From NCBI RefSeq assembly GCF_009914755.1, contig NC_060939.1: a stretch of 64,000 bases of DNA. The stretch is one strand, 5' to 3'. The notes beneath the pieces were generated by a model, which was not told where the DNA came from, ran no database searches, and was given only the letters and a program-made list of their open reading frames with translations. The stretch's first letter is position 1; the number at the start of each line of letters is the position of its first letter. Shown in pieces: positions 52,501 to 64,000 of the stretch. A program made the translations under genes and the position numbers. Origin of the DNA: the human T2T-CHM13v2.0 reference genome, Homo sapiens.

Positions 52501-55500
52501 AGTGATGTAACCGTTGTCTAGGCTTTGCATACAGGGGGCTTTGTGACATACCTTTGCACTGATCACCCAGGTGATGTAACACATCTAAGTTCGGCCTAAA
52601 GGAGCTTTGTGACATATCTCTGTACTGATCACTTAGGTGATGTAACACTTTTATAATCACTTCCTACAGGGAATTTTGACAAATCTCTGCTCTGATCACC
52701 TAGGTGATGTAACACTTGTCTCCCCTCTGTCCAACGGGGCATTGTGAAATATCTCTGCACTGATCACCCAGGTGATTCAACTCTTGACTAGGAACTGCCT
52801 ACAGAGGTTATTGTGAAATATCTCTGCACTGATAAACTAGGTGGTGTAAACCTTGTCCAAGCGCTGCCTACAGGGGTGTGTCCACATATCCCTGAACTGA
52901 TGACAAAGGTGATGTAACTCTGGCCTAGGCTTTGCCTACAGGGTACATTGGACATATATCTGCACTGATCACCCAGGTGATGCAACTCTTGCCTAGGCTT
53001 TGCCTACAGGGGACATTGTGACATATCTCTTCAATGATCACTCATGTGATGCATCTCTTGCCTAGGCTTTGCCTACCGGGGACATTGTGACATATCTCTG
53101 CACTGATCTCCCAGGTGCTGTAACTTTAGTCTAGGCTCTGGCTACACGGCATTGTGACATATCACTGCACTGATCAACCAGGTGATATAACTCTTGTATA
53201 GGCTCTGCCTACAGGGGGATTGTGACCTACCTCTGCACTGATCACCCAGGTGATATAACTCTTCTCTAGGGTCTCCCTACAGTGTACTTTGTGACATATC
53301 CCTGCACTGATCACCCAGGTGATCTATCTCTGGTCTAAGCTCTGCCTAAAGGGGCATTGTGACAGATCTCTGCACTGATCACTCAGGTGATGTAAGTATT
53401 GTCTAGGCTCTGCTTCAAGGGGCCTTGTCACATATCTCTGCACTGATCACCCAGGTGATGTAACTCTTGTCTAGGCTCTGCTTCCAGGGCATATTGTGAC
53501 ATATCTATGCACTGATCACCTTAGTGATGTAACACTTTGGTAGGCTCGGCCTACACGGGAATCTTGACATATATCTGCACTGTTAACCGAGGTGATTTAA
53601 CTCTTGTCTAGGCTGTGCCCACAGGGGGATTGAGACATATCTCTGCACTGATCCCGAGGTGATACAACTCTTGCCTGGTCTCTGCCTACTGTGGACATTG
53701 TGACATATCTCTGCACTGATCTCTCAGGTGCTGTAACTTTAGTCTAGGCTCTGGCTACACGGCATTGTGACATATCACTGCACTGATCACCCAGGCGATA
53801 TAACTCTTCTCTAGGATCTGACCACAGGGTGCTTTGTGACATATCCCTGCAATGATCACCCAGGTGATATACCACTTGCCAAGGCTCTGCCTACAGGGGC
53901 ATTGCAATGTATCTCTGCACTGATCACCTAGGTCTTGTAGCTATTTTCTAGGATCTGCCTACAGGGTGCTTTGTGACGTGTCCCAGCAAGGATTACCCAG
54001 GTGATGTACCTCTCATCAAGGCTCTGCCTACAGGCACATTGTGATGTATCTCTGCACTGATCACCTAGGTCATGTAACTTTTTTCTAGGCTCTACCTACG
54101 ATGGCATTGTGACATATCTCTGCACTAATCATCCAAGTGATGTAACTCTTGTCTAGGATGTGCCTAAATTAACTTTTTGACATAACCCTGTACTGATCAT
54201 CCAGGTGATGGAGCTTTTGTCTAGGCTCTGCCTAAGGGGGCATTGTGACATATTTCTGCATTGATCACCCAGGTGGCGAACTCTTCTCTCGGATCTGCCT
54301 ATGGGGGCATTGTTAGAAATCTCTGCACTGATCACCCAGGTGATGTAACTGTTGTGTAACCTCTGCCTACAGGGGAATTGTGAGAGATCTCGTCAATGAT
54401 TACCCAAGGGATGTAACCGTTGTCTAGGCTTTGCATACAGGGGGCTTTGTGACATACCTTTGCACTGATCACCCAGGTGATGTAACACATCTAAGTTCGG
54501 CCTAAAGGAGCTTTGTGACATATCTCTGCACTGATCACTTAGGTGATGTAACACTTTTATAATCACTGCCTACAGGGAATTTTGACAAATCTCTGCACTG
54601 ATCACCTAGGTGATGTAACTCTTGTCTACCCTCTGTCCAACGGGGCATTGTGAAATATCTCTGCACTGATCACCCAGGTGATTCAACTCCTGACTAGGAA
54701 CTGCCTACAGAGGTTATTGTGAAATATCTCTGCACTGATAAACTAGGTGGTGTAACCCTTGTCCAAGCTCTGCCTACAGGGGCGTTTCCACATATCCCTG
54801 AACTGATGACAGAGGTGATGTAACTCTTGCCTAGGCTTTGCCTACAGGGAACATTGGACATATATCTGCACTGATCACCCAGGTGATGCAACTCTTGCCT
54901 AGGCTTTGCCTACAGGGGACATTGTGACATATCTCTTCAATGATCACTCATTTGATGCATCTCTTGCCTAGGCTTTGCCTACAGGGGACATTGTGACATA
55001 TCTCTGCACTGATTTCCCAGGTGTTGTAACTTTAGTCTAGGCTCTGGCTACACGGCATTGTGACATATCACTGCACTGATCAACCAGGTGATATAACTCT
55101 TGTATAGGCTCTGCCTACAGGGGGATTTTGACCTACCTCTGCACTGATCACCCAGGTGATATAACTCTTCTCTAGGATCTTCCTACAGGGTACTTTGTGA
55201 CATATTCCTGCACTGATCACCCAGGTGATCTATCTCTGGTCTAAGCTCTGCCTAAAGGGGCATTGTGACAGATCTCTGCACTGATCACTCTGGTGATGCA
55301 AGTATTGTCTAGGCTCTGCTTCAAGGGGCCTTGTCACATATCTCTGCACTGATCACCCAGGTGATGTAACTCTTGTCTAGGCTCTGCTTCCAGGGCATAT
55401 TGTGACATATCTATGCACTGATCACCTTAGTGATGTAACACTTTGGTAGGCTCGGCCTACAGGGGAATCTTGACATATCTCTGCACTGTTAACCGAGGTG

Positions 55501-58500
55501 ATTTAACTCTTGTCTAGGCTGTGCCCACAGGGGGATTGAGACATATCTCTGCACTGATCCCGAGGTGATACAATTCTTGCCTGGTCTCTGCCTACTGTGG
55601 ACATTGATACATATCGCTGCACTGATCTCCCAGGTGCTGTAACTTTAGTCTAGGCTCTGGCTACACGACATTGTGACATATCACTGCACTGATCACCCAG
55701 GCGATATAACTCTTCTCTAGGATCTGACCACAGGGTGCTTTGTGACATATTCCTGCAATGATCACCCAGGTGATATACCACTTGCCAAGGCTCTGCCTAC
55801 AGGGGCATTGCAATGTATCTCTGCACTGATCACCTAGGTCTTGTAGCTATTTTCTAGGATCTGCCTACAGGGTGCTTTGTGACGTGTCCCAGCAAGGATT
55901 ACCCAGGTGATGTACCTCTCATCAAGGCTCTGCCTACAGGCACATTGTGATGTATCTCTGCACTGATCACCTAGGTCATGTAAATTTTGTCTAGGCTCTA
56001 CCTACGATGGCATTGTGACATATCTCTGCACTAATCATCCAAGTGATGTAACTCTTGTCTAGGATGTGCCTAAATTAACTTTTTGACATAACCCTGTACT
56101 GATCATCCAGGTGATGGAGCTTTTGTCTAGGCTCTGCCTAAGGGGGCATTGTGACATATTTCTGCATTGATCACCCAGGTGGCGAACTCTTCTCTCGGAT
56201 CTGCCTATGGGGGCATTGTGAGAAATCTCTGCACTGATAACCCAGGTGATGTAACTGTTGTGTAAGCTCTGCCTACAGGGGAATTGTGAGAGATCTCGTC
56301 ACTGATTACACAAGTGATGTAACCGTTGTCTAGGCTTTGCATACAGGGGGCTTTGTGACATACCTTTGCACTGATCACCCAGGTGATGTAACACATCTAA
56401 GTTCGGCCTAAAGGAGCTTTGTGACATATCTCTGTACTGATCACTTAGGTGATGTAACACTTTTATAATCACTTCCTACAGGGAATTTTGACAAATCTCT
56501 GCTCTGATCACCTAGGTGATGTAACACTTGTCTCCCCTCTGTCCAACGGGGCATTGTGAAATATCTCTGCACTGATCACCCAGGTGATTCAACTCTTGAC
56601 TAGGAACTGCCTACAGAGGTTATTGTGAAATATCTCTGCACTGATAAACTAGGTGGTGTAAACCTTTTCCAAGCGCTGCCTACAGGGGTGTGTCCACATA
56701 TCCCTGAACTGATGACAAAGGTGATGTAACTCTGGCCTAGGCTTTGCCTACAGGGTACATTGGACATATATCTGCACTGATCACCCAGGTGATGCAACTC
56801 TTGCCTAGGCTTTGCCTACAGGGGACATTGTGACATATCTCTTCAATGATCACTCATGTGATGCATCTCTTGCCTAGGCTTTGCCTACCGGGGACATTGT
56901 GACATATCTCTGCACTGATCTCCCAGGTGCTGTAACTTTAGTCTAGGCTCTGGCTACACGGCATTGTGACATATCACTGCACTGATCAACCAGGTGATAT
57001 AACTCTTGTATAGGCTCTGCCTACAGGGGGATTGTGACCTACCTCTGCACTGATCACCCAGGTGATATAACTCTTCTCTAGGATCTTCCTACAGTGTACT
57101 TTGTGACATATCCCTGCACTGATCACCCAGGTGATCTATCTCTGGTCTAAGCTCTGCCTAAAGGGGCATTGTGAGAGATCTCTGCACTGATCACTCAGGT
57201 GATGTAAGTATTGTCTAGGCTCTGCTTCAAGGGGCCTTGTCACATATCTCTGCACTGATCACCCAGGTGATGTAACTCTTGTCTAGGCTCTGCTTCCAGG
57301 GCATATTGTGACATATCTATGCACTGATCACCTTAGTGATGTAACACTTTGGTAGGCTCGGCCTACACGGGAATCTTGACATATATCTGCACTGTTAACC
57401 GAGGTGATTTAACTCTTGTCTAGGCTGTGCCCACAGGGGGATTGAGACATATCTCTGCACTGATCCCGAGGTGATACAACTCTTGCCTGGTCTCTGCCTA
57501 CTGTGGACATTGTGACATATCTCTGCACTGATCTCTCAGGTGCTGTAACTTTAGTCTAGGCTCTGGCTACACGGCATTGTGACATATCACTGCACTGATC
57601 ACCCAGGCGATATAACTCTTCTCTAGGATCTGACCACAGGGTGCTTTGTGACATATCCCTGCAATGATCACCCAGGTGATATACCACTTGCCAAGGCTCT
57701 GCCTACAGGGGCATTGCAATGTATCTCTGCACTGATCACCTAGGTCTTGTAGCTATTTTCTAGGATCTGCCTACAGGGTGCTTTGTGACGTGTCCCAGCA
57801 AGGATTACCCAGGTGATGTACCTCTCATCAAGGCTCTGCCTACAGGCACATTGTGATGTATCTCTGCACTGATCACCTAGGTCATGTAACTTTTTTCTAG
57901 GCTCTACCTACGATGGCATTGTGACATATCTCTGCACTAATCATCCAAGTGATGTAACTCTTGTCTAGGATGTGCCTAAATTAACTTTTTGACATAACCC
58001 TGTACTGATCATCCAGGTGATGGAGCTTTTGTCTAGGCTCTGCCTAAGGGGGCATTGTGACATATTTCTGCATTGATCACCCAGGTGGCGAACTCTTCTC
58101 TCGGATCTGCCTATGGGGGCATTGTTAGAAATCTCTGCACTGATCACCCAGGTGATGTAACTGTTGTGTAACCTCTGCCTACAGGGGAATTGTGAGAGAT
58201 CTCGTCAATGATTACCCAAGGGATGTAACCGTTGTCTAGGCTTTGCATACAGGGGGCTTTGTGACATACCTTTGCACTGATCACCCAGGTGATGTAACAC
58301 ATCTAAGTTCGGCCTAAAGGAGCTTTGTGACATATCTCTGCACTGATCACTTAGGTGATGTAACACTTTTATAATCACTGCCTACAGGGAATTTTGACAA
58401 ATCTCTGCACTGATCACCTAGGTGATGTAACTCTTGTCTACCCTCTGTCCAACGGGGCATTGTGAAATATCTCTGCACTGATCACCCAGGTGATTCAACT

Positions 58501-61500
58501 CCTGACTAGGAACTGCCTACAGAGGTTATTGTGAAATATCTCTGCACTGATAAACTAGGTGGTGTAACCCTTGTCCAAGCTCTGCCTACAGGGGCGTTTC
58601 CACATATCCCTGAACTGATGACAGAGGTGATGTAACTCTTGCCTAGGCTTTGCCTACAGGGAACATTGGACATATATCTGCACTGATCACCCAGGTGATG
58701 CAACTCTTGCCTAGGCTTTGCCTACAGGGGACATTGTGACATATCTCTTCAATGATCACTCATGTGATGCATCTCTTGCCTAGGCTTTGCCTACAGGGGA
58801 CATTGTGACATATCTCTGCACTGATTTCCCAGGTGTTGTAACTTTAGTCTAGGCTCTGGCTACACGGCATTGTGACATATCACTGCACTGATCAACCAGG
58901 TGATATAACTCTTGTATAGGCTCTGCCTACAGGGGGATTTTGACCTACCTCTGCACTGATCACCCAGGTGATATAACTCTTCTCTAGGATCTTCCTACAG
59001 GGTACTTTGTGACATATTCCTGCACTGATCACCCAGGTGATCTATCTCTGGTCTAAGCTCTGCCTAAAGGGGCATTGTGACAGATCTCTGCACTGATCAC
59101 TCTGGTGATGTAAGTATTGTCTAGGCTCTGCTTCAAGGGGCCTTGTCACATATCTCTGCACTGATCACCCAGGTGATGTAACTCTTGTCTAGGCTCTGCT
59201 TCCAGGGCATATTGTGACATATCTATGCACTGATCACCTTAGTGATGTAACACTTTGGTAGGCTCGGCCTACAGGGGAATCTTGACATATCTCTGCACTG
59301 TTAACCGAGGTGATTTAACTCTTGTCTAGGCTGTGCCCACAGGGGGATTGAGACATATCTCTGCACTGATCCCGAGGTGATACAATTCTTGCCTGGTCTC
59401 TGCCTACTGTGGACATTGGGACATATCGCTGCACTGATCTCCCAGGTGCTGTAACTTTAGTCTAGGCTCTGGCTACACGGCATTGTGACATATCACTGCA
59501 CTGATCACCCAGGCGATATAACTCTTCTCTAGGATCTGACCACAGGGTGCTTTGTGACATATCCCTGCAATGATCACCCAGGTGATATACCACTTGCCAA
59601 GGCTCTGCCTACAGGGGCATTGCAATGTATCTCTGCACTGATCACCTAGGTCTTGTAGCTATTTTCTAGGATCCGCCTACAGGGTGCTTTGTGACGTGTC
59701 CCAGCAAGGATTACCCAGGTGATGTACCTCTCATCAAGGCTCTGCCTACAGGCACATTGTGATGTATCTCTGCACTGATCACCTAGGTCATGTAAATTTT
59801 GTCTAGGCTCTACCTACGATGGCATTGTGACATATCTCTGCACTAATCATCCAAGTGATGTAACTCTTGTCTAGGATGTGCCTAAATTAACTTTTTGACA
59901 TAATCCTGTACTGATCATCCAGGTGATGGAGCTTTTGTCTAGGCTCTGCCTAAGGGGGCATTGTGACATATTTCTGCATTGATCACCCAGGTGGCGAACT
60001 CTTCTCTCGGATCTGCCTATGGGGGCATTGTGAGAAATCTCTGCACTGATAACCCAGGTGATGTAACTGTTGTGTAAGCTCTGCCTACAGGGGAATTGTG
60101 AGAGATCTCGTCACTGATTACACAAGTGATGTAACCGTTGTCTAGGCTTTGCATACAGGGGGCTTTGTGACATACCTTTGCACTGATCACCCAGGTGATG
60201 TAACACATCTAAGTTCGGCCTAAAGGAGCTTTGTGACATATCTCTGTACTGATCACTTAGGTGATGTAACACTTTTATAATCACTTCCTACAGGGAATTT
60301 TGACAAATCTCTGCTCTGATCACCTAGGTGATGTAACACTTGTCTCCCCTCTGTCCAACGGGGCATTGTGAAATATCTCTGCACTGATCACCCAGGTGAT
60401 TCAACTCTTGACTAGGAACTGCCTACAGAGGTTATTGTGAAATATCTCTGCACTGATAAACTAGGTGGTGTAAACCTTGTCCAAGCGCTGCCTACAGGGG
60501 TGTGTCCACATATCCCTGAACTGATGACAAAGGTGATGTAACTCTGGCCTAGGCTTTGCCTACAGGGTACATTGGACATATATCTGCACTGATCACCCAG
60601 GTGATGCAACTCTTGCCTAGGCTTTGCCTACAGGGGACATTGTGACATATCTCTTCAATGATCACTCATGTGATGCATCTCTTGCCTAGGCTTTGCCTAC
60701 CGGGGACATTGTGACATATCTCTGCACTGATCTCCCAGGTGCTGTAACTTTAGTCTAGGCTCTGGCTACACGGCATTGTGACATATCACTGCACTGATCA
60801 ACCAGGTGATATAACTCTTGTATAGGCTCTGCCTACAGGGGGATTGTGACCTACCTCTGCACTGATCACCCAGGTGATATAACTCTTCTCTAGGATCTTC
60901 CTACAGTGTACTTTGTGACATATCCCTGCACTGATCACCCAGGTGATCTATCTCTGGTCTAAGCTCTGCCTAAAGGGGCATTGTGACAGATCTCTGCACT
61001 GATCACTCAGGTGATGTAAGTATTGTCTAGGCTCTGCTTCAAGGGGCCTTGTCACATATCTCTGCACTGATCACCCAGGTGATGTAACTCTTGTCTAGGC
61101 TCTGCTTCCAGGGCATATTGTGACATATCTATGCACTGATCACCTTAGTGATGTAACACTTTGGTAGGCTCGGCCTACACGGGAATCTTGACATATATCT
61201 GCACTGTTAACCGAGGTGATTTAACTCTTGTCTAGGCTGTGCCCACAGGGGGATTGAGACATATCTCTGCACTGATCCCGAGGTGATACAACTCTTGCCT
61301 GGTCTCTGCCTACTGTGGACATTGTGACATATCTCTGCACTGATCTCTCAGGTGCTGTAACTTTAGTCTAGGCTCTGGCTACACGGCATTGTGACATATC
61401 ACTGCACTGATCACCCAGGCGATATAACTCTTCTCTAGGATCTGACCACAGGGTGCTTTGTGACATATCCCTGCAATGATCACCCAGGTGATATACCACT

Positions 61501-64000
61501 TGCCAAGGCTCTGCCTACAGGGGCATTGCAATGTATCTCTGCACTGATCACCTAGGTCTTGTAGCTATTTTCTAGGATCTGCCTACAGGGTGCTTTGTGA
61601 CGTGTCCCAGCAAGGATTACCCAGGTGATGTACCTCTCATCAAGGCTCTGCCTACAGGCACATTGTGATGTATCTCTGCACTGATCACCTAGGTCATGTA
61701 ACTTTTTTCTAGGCTCTACCTACGATGGCATTGTGACATATCTCTGCACTAATCATCCAAGTGATGTAACTCTTGTCTAGGATGTGCCTAAATTAACTTT
61801 TTGACATAACCCTGTACTGATCATCCAGGTGATGGAGCTTTTGTCTAGGCTCTGCCTAAGGGGGCATTGTGACATATTTCTGCATTGATCACCCAGGTGG
61901 CGAACTCTTCTCTCGGATCTGCCTATGGGGGCATTGTTAGAAATCTCTGCACTGATCACCCAGGTGATGTAACTGTTGTGTAACCTCTGCCTACAGGGGA
62001 ATTGTGAGAGATCTCGTCAATGATTACCCAAGGGATGTAACCGTTGTCTAGGCTTTGCATACAGGGGGCTTTGTGACATACCTTTGCACTGATCACCCAG
62101 GTGATGTAACACATCTAAGTTCGGCCTAAAGGAGCTTTGTGACATATCTCTGCACTGATCACTTAGGTGATGTAACACTTTTATAATCACTGCCTACAGG
62201 GAATTTTGACAAATCTCTACACTGATCACCTAGGTGATGTAACTCTTGTCTACCCTCTGTCCAACGGGGCATTGTGAAATATCTCTGCACTGATCACCCA
62301 GGTGATTCAACTCCTGACTAGGAACTGACTACAGAGGTTATTGTGAAATATCTCTGCACTGATAAACTAGGTGGTGTAACCCTTGTCCAAGCTCTGCCTA
62401 CAGGGGCGTTTCCACATATCCCTGAACTGATGACAGAGGTGATGTAACTCTTGCCTAGGCTTTGCCTACAGGGAACATTGGACATATATCTGCACTGATC
62501 ACCCAGGTGATGCAACTCTTGCCTAGGCTTTGCCTACAGGGGACATTGTGACATATCTCTTCAATGATCACTCATGTGATGCATCTCTTGCCTAGGCTTT
62601 GCCTACAGGGGACATTGTGACATATCTCTGCACTGATTTCCCAGGTGTTGTAACTTTAGTCTAGGCTCTGGCTACACGGCATTGTGACATATCACTGCAC
62701 TGATCAACCAGGTGATATAACTCTTGTATAGGCTCTGCCTACAGGGGGATTTTGACCTACCTCTGCACTGATCACCCAGGTGATATAACTCTTCTCTAGG
62801 ATCTTCCTACAGGGTACTTTGTGACATATTCCTGCACTGATCACCCAGGTGATCTATCTCTGGTCTAAGCTCTGCCTAAAGGGGCATTGTGACAGATCTC
62901 TGCACTGATCACTCTGGTGATGTAAGTATTGTCTAGGCTCTGCTTCAAGGGGCCTTGTCACATATCTCTGCACTGATCACCCAGGTGATGTAACTCTTGT
63001 CTAGGCTCTGCTTCCAGGGCATATTGTGACATATCTATGCACTGATCACCTTAGTGATGTAACACTTTGGTAGGCTCGGCCTACAGGGGAATCTTGACAT
63101 ATCTCTGCACTGTTAACCGAGGTGATTTAACTCTTGTCTAGGCTGTGCCCACAGGGGGATTGAGACATATCTCTGCACTGATCCCGAGGTGATACAATTC
63201 TTGCCTGGTCTCTGCCTACTGTGGACATTGGGACATATCGCTGCACTGATCTCCCAGGTGCTGTAACTTTAGTCTAGGCTCTGGCTACACGGCATTGTGA
63301 CATATCACTGCACTGATCACCCAGGCGATATAACTCTTCTCTAGGATCTGACCACAGGGTGCTTTGTGACATATCCCTGCAATGATCACCCAGGTGATAT
63401 ACCACTTGCCTAGGCTCTGCCTACAGGGGCATTGCAATGTATCTCTGCACTGATCACCTAGGTCTTGTAGCTATTTTCCAGGATCTGCCTACAGGGTGCT
63501 TTGTGACGTGTCCCAGCAAGGATTACCCAGGTGATGTACCTCTCATCAAGGCTCTGCCTACAGGCACATTGTGATGTATCTCTGCACTGATCACCTAGGT
63601 CATGTAAATTTTGTCTAGGCTCTACCTACGATGGCATTGTGACATATCTCTGCACTAATCATCCAAGTGATGTAACTCTTGTCTAGGATGTGCCTAAATT
63701 AACTTTTTGACATAACCCTGTACTGATCATCCAGGTGATGGAGCTTTTGTCTAGGCTCTGCCTAAGGGGGCATTGTGACATATTTCTGCATTGATCACCC
63801 AGGTGGCGAACTCTTCTCTCGGATCTGCCTATGGGGGCATTGTGAGAAATCTGTGCACTGATAACCCAGGTGATGTAACTGTTGTGTAAGCTCTGCCTAC
63901 AGGGGAATTGTGAGAGATCTCGTCACTGATTACACAAGTGATGTAACCGTTGTCTAGGCTTTGCATACAGGGGGCTTTGTGACATACCTTTGCACTGATC
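25563..64000. repeat. Homogeneous block of 20 exact 1906-bp HORs organised as alternating A/B dimers (56-mer, 3812 bp)
   Basis: 63683-25563 = 38120 = 20 x 1906. The B-type marker AAGCGCTGCCTACAGGGGTGTGTCC (AGCGCT) is at 28082, 31894, 35706, 39518, 43330, 47142, 52860, 56672 and 60484. The A-type marker ATTGTTAGAA alternates with it (the 'ISNN' ORFs at 29375, 33187, etc.). Confidence 0.93.
49522..64000. repeat. Super-repeat copy 2 (partial; lacks one 3812-bp dimer relative to copy 1)
   Basis: GAATTC at 25688/50466 (+24778). CTCATTTGAT at ~33985/54951, GGATCC at 38703/59669 and the 'SVVSS' ORF at 41352/62318 (all +20966). Confidence 0.85.

Larger units (their letters stand above)
1..64000. repeat. 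Beta-satellite (BSR / 68-bp Sau3A family) tandem array, running off both window ends
   Basis: TGATCACCCAGGTGATGTAAC-like motif recurs every 66-69 bp throughout (e.g. 361, 429, 496, 564, 633, 699, 766, 834). Most monomers carry a GATC (Sau3A) site. Monomer length and consensus match human beta-satellite as I recall it; no search was run. No unique sequence or inversion seen. Confidence 0.96.

Noticed and set aside
466-62515. Recurrent minus-strand ORFs of 60-137 aa rich in His/Cys (e.g. MHHLGDQCR..., MCYITWVISA...), superficially zinc-finger-like
   Set aside because: They are translations of the 68-bp monomer. The same peptide motifs rotate through frames because 68 is not a multiple of 3, and the ORFs appear or vanish with single SNVs between HORs. 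They lack C2H2 spacing and any recognisable domain.
1-64000. CRISPR-like look: a conserved, partly palindromic ~30-bp motif with more variable intervening sequence and a ~68-bp period
   Set aside because: The would-be spacers are homologous to each other and recur in the same order every 1906 bp. The would-be repeats are themselves degenerate. There is no leader and no cas gene.
1-64000. Alpha-satellite or CENP-B boxes
   Set aside because: The period is 68 bp, not 171 bp, and I saw no TTCG....A..CGGG motif.
1-64000. D4Z4/DUX4-like, LSAU, rDNA, Alu or L1 segments, which often accompany beta-satellite
   Set aside because: No GC/CpG-rich block, poly(A) tail or non-satellite insertion was seen. 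All landmark spacings are explained by whole-monomer gains or losses plus 1-2 bp indels.
1-64000. Strand switch or inversion within the array
   Set aside because: All monomers read in the same orientation and every ORF-track landmark is on the same strand.

Overview
The whole 64 kb window is one uninterrupted, single-orientation tandem array of ~68-bp monomers (consensus approx. GATCACCCAGGTGATGTAACTCTTGTCTAGGCTCTGCCTACAGGGGCATTGTGACATATCTCTGCACT). I recognise this as primate/human beta-satellite (BSR, the 68-bp Sau3A family). I see no credible genes, RNA genes, mobile elements or CRISPR arrays, and the listed ORFs are by-products of the repeat. The interest lies in a nested hierarchy read directly from the sequence: 68-bp monomer, then a 28-monomer higher-order repeat (HOR) of 1906 bp (34 complete copies between landmarks 320 and 63683), then HOR dimers (3741 bp on the left, 3812 bp on the right), then a ~21-25 kb super-duplication with its junction at ~49522-49588. 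The left ~25 kb is heterogeneous, with 29-, 27-, 19- and 18-mer HOR variants whose breakpoints fall in internal homologies of the HOR. The right ~39 kb is 20 consecutive HORs of exactly 1906 bp. Coordinates were counted by eye and from the ORF track, so allow for small errors. Chromosome of origin and novelty cannot be established without a database search.
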